This document shows positions 27,413 through 29,502 of a DNA stretch of 29,502 bases, piece by piece. Source of the stretch: Lysobacterales bacterium (GTDB lineage: Bacteria; Pseudomonadota; Gammaproteobacteria; Xanthomonadales; SZUA-38); NCBI GenBank assembly GCA_041633655.1, contig JBFJNB010000001.1, forward strand, positions 1 to 29,502, written 5' to 3'. A model generated the notes under the pieces. It worked only from the letters and a program-made list of their open reading frames with translations, did no database searches and was not told the origin of the DNA. Within the stretch, counting starts at the first letter, position 1, and every line of letters begins with the position of its first letter. Both the position numbers and the translations under genes were made by a program.

Positions 27413-29464
27413 ATGATCGGCGCCGCGCTGGTGATTGCGGCCTCGGTCGGGGCGCCCGGAGAGGCCGCCTCCGCGACCACCGATCACGGCGCGATCGAGC
27501 TGGTCCAGGTGACCGCGTCGCGCCGCGCCGAGGCCGTGAGCCGGGCGATCCCGGCGGTCACGGTGATCGACACCGAGGCCATTCTGGCCGCGGCCCCGCA
27601 GATTCCAGCGGACGTATTTCGGGGCCGGCCCGGGGTGTACGTGCAGCAGACCACGCCCGGGCAGGGGATTCCGATCGTGCGCGGGCTCAAGGGCTCCGAG
27701 GTGCTGCACCTGGTCGACGGGATGCGCCTCAATAACGCGCTTTTTCGCAACGCCCCGAATCAGTACCTGGGGCTGGTCGAGGCTGCCAACCTGGAGCGGG
27801 TCGAGGTGGTGCGCGGCCCGGCCTCGACCCTGCACGGGGCCGACGCGATGGGTGGGGTGGTGCAATTGATCACCCGGCGCCCCGAGTACCGAGACCAGCC
27901 CGGTCGCCGCTGGCTGGCGCGAGCCACCGCGGCCACCGCCGATGCGGCGCTCGGCGGCTGGCTCGCGTTCGAGGCGGGCGATGCGACCCGCGTGGCGCGC
28001 GTTCAACTCGGCGCCCAGGATATCGGCGACCGGCGCACCGCAGCCGGCACCGTCCGGCCCTCCGGGTACCGGGCACGCTCGCTGAGCGCGAGCCTGCGCG
28101 CGCGCCGCGGCGACCATGCGGAGTGGCAACTGGACCTCCAGCATCTGCGCCAGCCGAGCACCCCGCGGATCGACGAGCTGGTGCCCGGCTTCGGTCAGGA
28201 CCAAGCCGCCTCGAGCGAGTTCTCGTTCGAACCCAACCAGCGCGATTTCGTCCATGCCCGCTACGCGAGCACCCGCGCGAGCGGCTGGTTCGACGAATTC
28301 GAGGTCGACCTCGCCTATCAGCGCATCCGCGACGACCGTCGCTCTCGGGCGCTCGACTCCCCGGAGCGGGTGCTCGAGCAGAACTCCAGCGAGCTCTACG
28401 GCCTGACGGCTCAGTTCCGGCGCGATGCCGGGGCCCGGGCGGACCTCGTATACGGGCTGGAGCTGTATCACGACCGGGTCGCCAGCGCCCGCCAGACGCT
28501 AGCTATCGATACCGGGGTCAGCGCGCCGGTCACCGCGCGATTCCCGGACGGATCCAGCATCGGCAGCGGGGCGGTGTACGCCCACCTGCGCCACCGGGCA
28601 GGGCCCAGGGTGACCCTGGACGGGGGTCTGCGCTACAGCTGGTTCGACATCGATCTGGCGCGGGCCGACCGGCCGCTGGGAGCGGAGCTCGATCTCGACG
28701 AGCTGACCTTCAGCGGCGGGGCGCGCCTGGACCTGGGCGAGCACTGGCACCTGACCGCCAACCTCGGCCAGGGTTTCCGCCCGCCCAACATCTTCGATCT
28801 GGGCACGCTCGGCCCGCGTCCTGGCAACCGCTTCAACGTCGCCAATCCAGGACTCGGGCCCGAACGCCTGCTGAGCCTGGACGTCGGCCTCAAGTGGGCC
28901 AACGAGCGCTGGGAGGGCGAATGGGTCGCTTTCGGTGCCGACTACCGCGACAAGATCACCTCGGTGCCGACCGGCGCGTTCACGCCCGACGGGCGCGAGG
29001 TGATCCAGAGCCAGAACGTCGCCGCGCTGAAGCTGGGCGGGATGGAGTTCGGGGTGCGCTATTTCGGCGCCGCCGACTGGGAGATCTCCGCGGCACTGAA
29101 CCACCTGCGCGGCACCGAGACCGGCGCCGACGGAGTCCGCACGGCGGCCGACCGGATCCCGCCGCTGAACGGGCGCCTAGACTTCACCCGGCGCCTCGGC
29201 GAGCGCTGGTCGGGCTCGCTGCGCGCCGACTTCGCCCGCCAGCAGGCGCGGCTGTCGCCACGCGATGCGGCCGACCCGCGGATCGACCCCGACGGCACCG
29301 CCGGCTGGGCCACCTTGTCGCTGGCGCTGGACTGGCGCCCGGCGCCGCGCTGGCGCCTTCGCTTTGGGTTGGACAACGTATTCGACCGGGCCTATCGCGA
29401 ACACGGCTCCGGGATCGACGGGCGTGGGCGCAGCCTGGTGCTGACCGCGGACGCCCAGTGGTAG
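27413..29464 (+). CDS. TonB-dependent receptor, substrate unknown
   Basis: IELVQVTA TonB box; plug QQTTPGQGIPIVRG...LVDGMRLNN...RVEVVRGPASTLHGADAMGGVV; barrel GFRPPN, LGPERL, DNVFDRAYREH; C-terminal Trp. Confidence 0.9.
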   Translation: MIGAALVIAASVGAPGEAASATTDHGAIELVQVTASRRAEAVSRAIPAVTVIDTEAILAAAPQIPADVFRGRPGVYVQQTTPGQGIPIVRGLKGSEVLHLVDGMRLNNALFRNAPNQYLGLVEAANLERVEVVRGPASTLHGADAMGGVVQLITRRPEYRDQPGRRWLARATAATADAALGGWLAFEAGDATRVARVQLGAQDIGDRRTAAGTVRPSGYRARSLSASLRARRGDHAEWQLDLQHLRQPSTPRIDELVPGFGQDQAASSEFSFEPNQRDFVHARYASTRASGWFDEFEVDLAYQRIRDDRRSRALDSPERVLEQNSSELYGLTAQFRRDAGARADLVYGLELYHDRVASARQTLAIDTGVSAPVTARFPDGSSIGSGAVYAHLRHRAGPRVTLDGGLRYSWFDIDLARADRPLGAELDLDELTFSGGARLDLGEHWHLTANLGQGFRPPNIFDLGTLGPRPGNRFNVANPGLGPERLLSLDVGLKWANERWEGEWVAFGADYRDKITSVPTGAFTPDGREVIQSQNVAALKLGGMEFGVRYFGAADWEISAALNHLRGTETGADGVRTAADRIPPLNGRLDFTRRLGERWSGSLRADFARQQARLSPRDAADPRIDPDGTAGWATLSLALDWRPAPRWRLRFGLDNVFDRAYREHGSGIDGRGRSLVLTADAQW

Positions 29465-29502
29465 ATCCGGCCGGGACGCGTCAGTACCGGCGCCTGCTCG
29501 AC

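Overview
GC-rich window from a Gram-negative bacterium, probably a proteobacterium (inferred from TonB receptors, sigma54 promoters and a DamX-like SPOR domain). It has three parts. (1) 1-974: the 3' end of an Ig/cadherin-like exported protein, an intrinsic terminator and thiopurine S-methyltransferase. (2) 975-20928: a self-contained signalling and protease locus, which is the main find. Three exact sigma54 (-24/-12) promoters each lie about 55-120 bp downstream of a triad of one 15-bp motif (consensus about YCGAAAAAWHYGGCG). They precede a REC-PAS-GGDEF*-EAL phosphodiesterase with a mini-GntR, and three paralogous exported S8 subtilases. Each protease carries an inserted domain and a C-terminal tail of Trp-every-6 hexapeptide repeats (DGYLWA or WNETSV/I). 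Next come a 1040-aa REC-PAS-GGDEF*-GAF-AAA+ enhancer-binding protein with two tandem Fis-like HTHs, and a divergent pair of beta-propeller/Y_Y_Y membrane sensors, one with a degenerate GGDEF and one with PAS-HisKA_2-HATPase. All three GGDEF folds have lost the catalytic motif but keep the RxxD c-di-GMP I-site. (3) 20910-29464: Sel1-SPOR protein, hemerythrin-like protein, DUF4197, a TPP-riboswitch thiamine salvage operon (TBDR, YkoF-like, PnuT, kinase) and a second TBDR. No rRNA, tRNA, CRISPR array or mobile element was recognised. All family assignments are by motif recognition by eye; no database searches were run.
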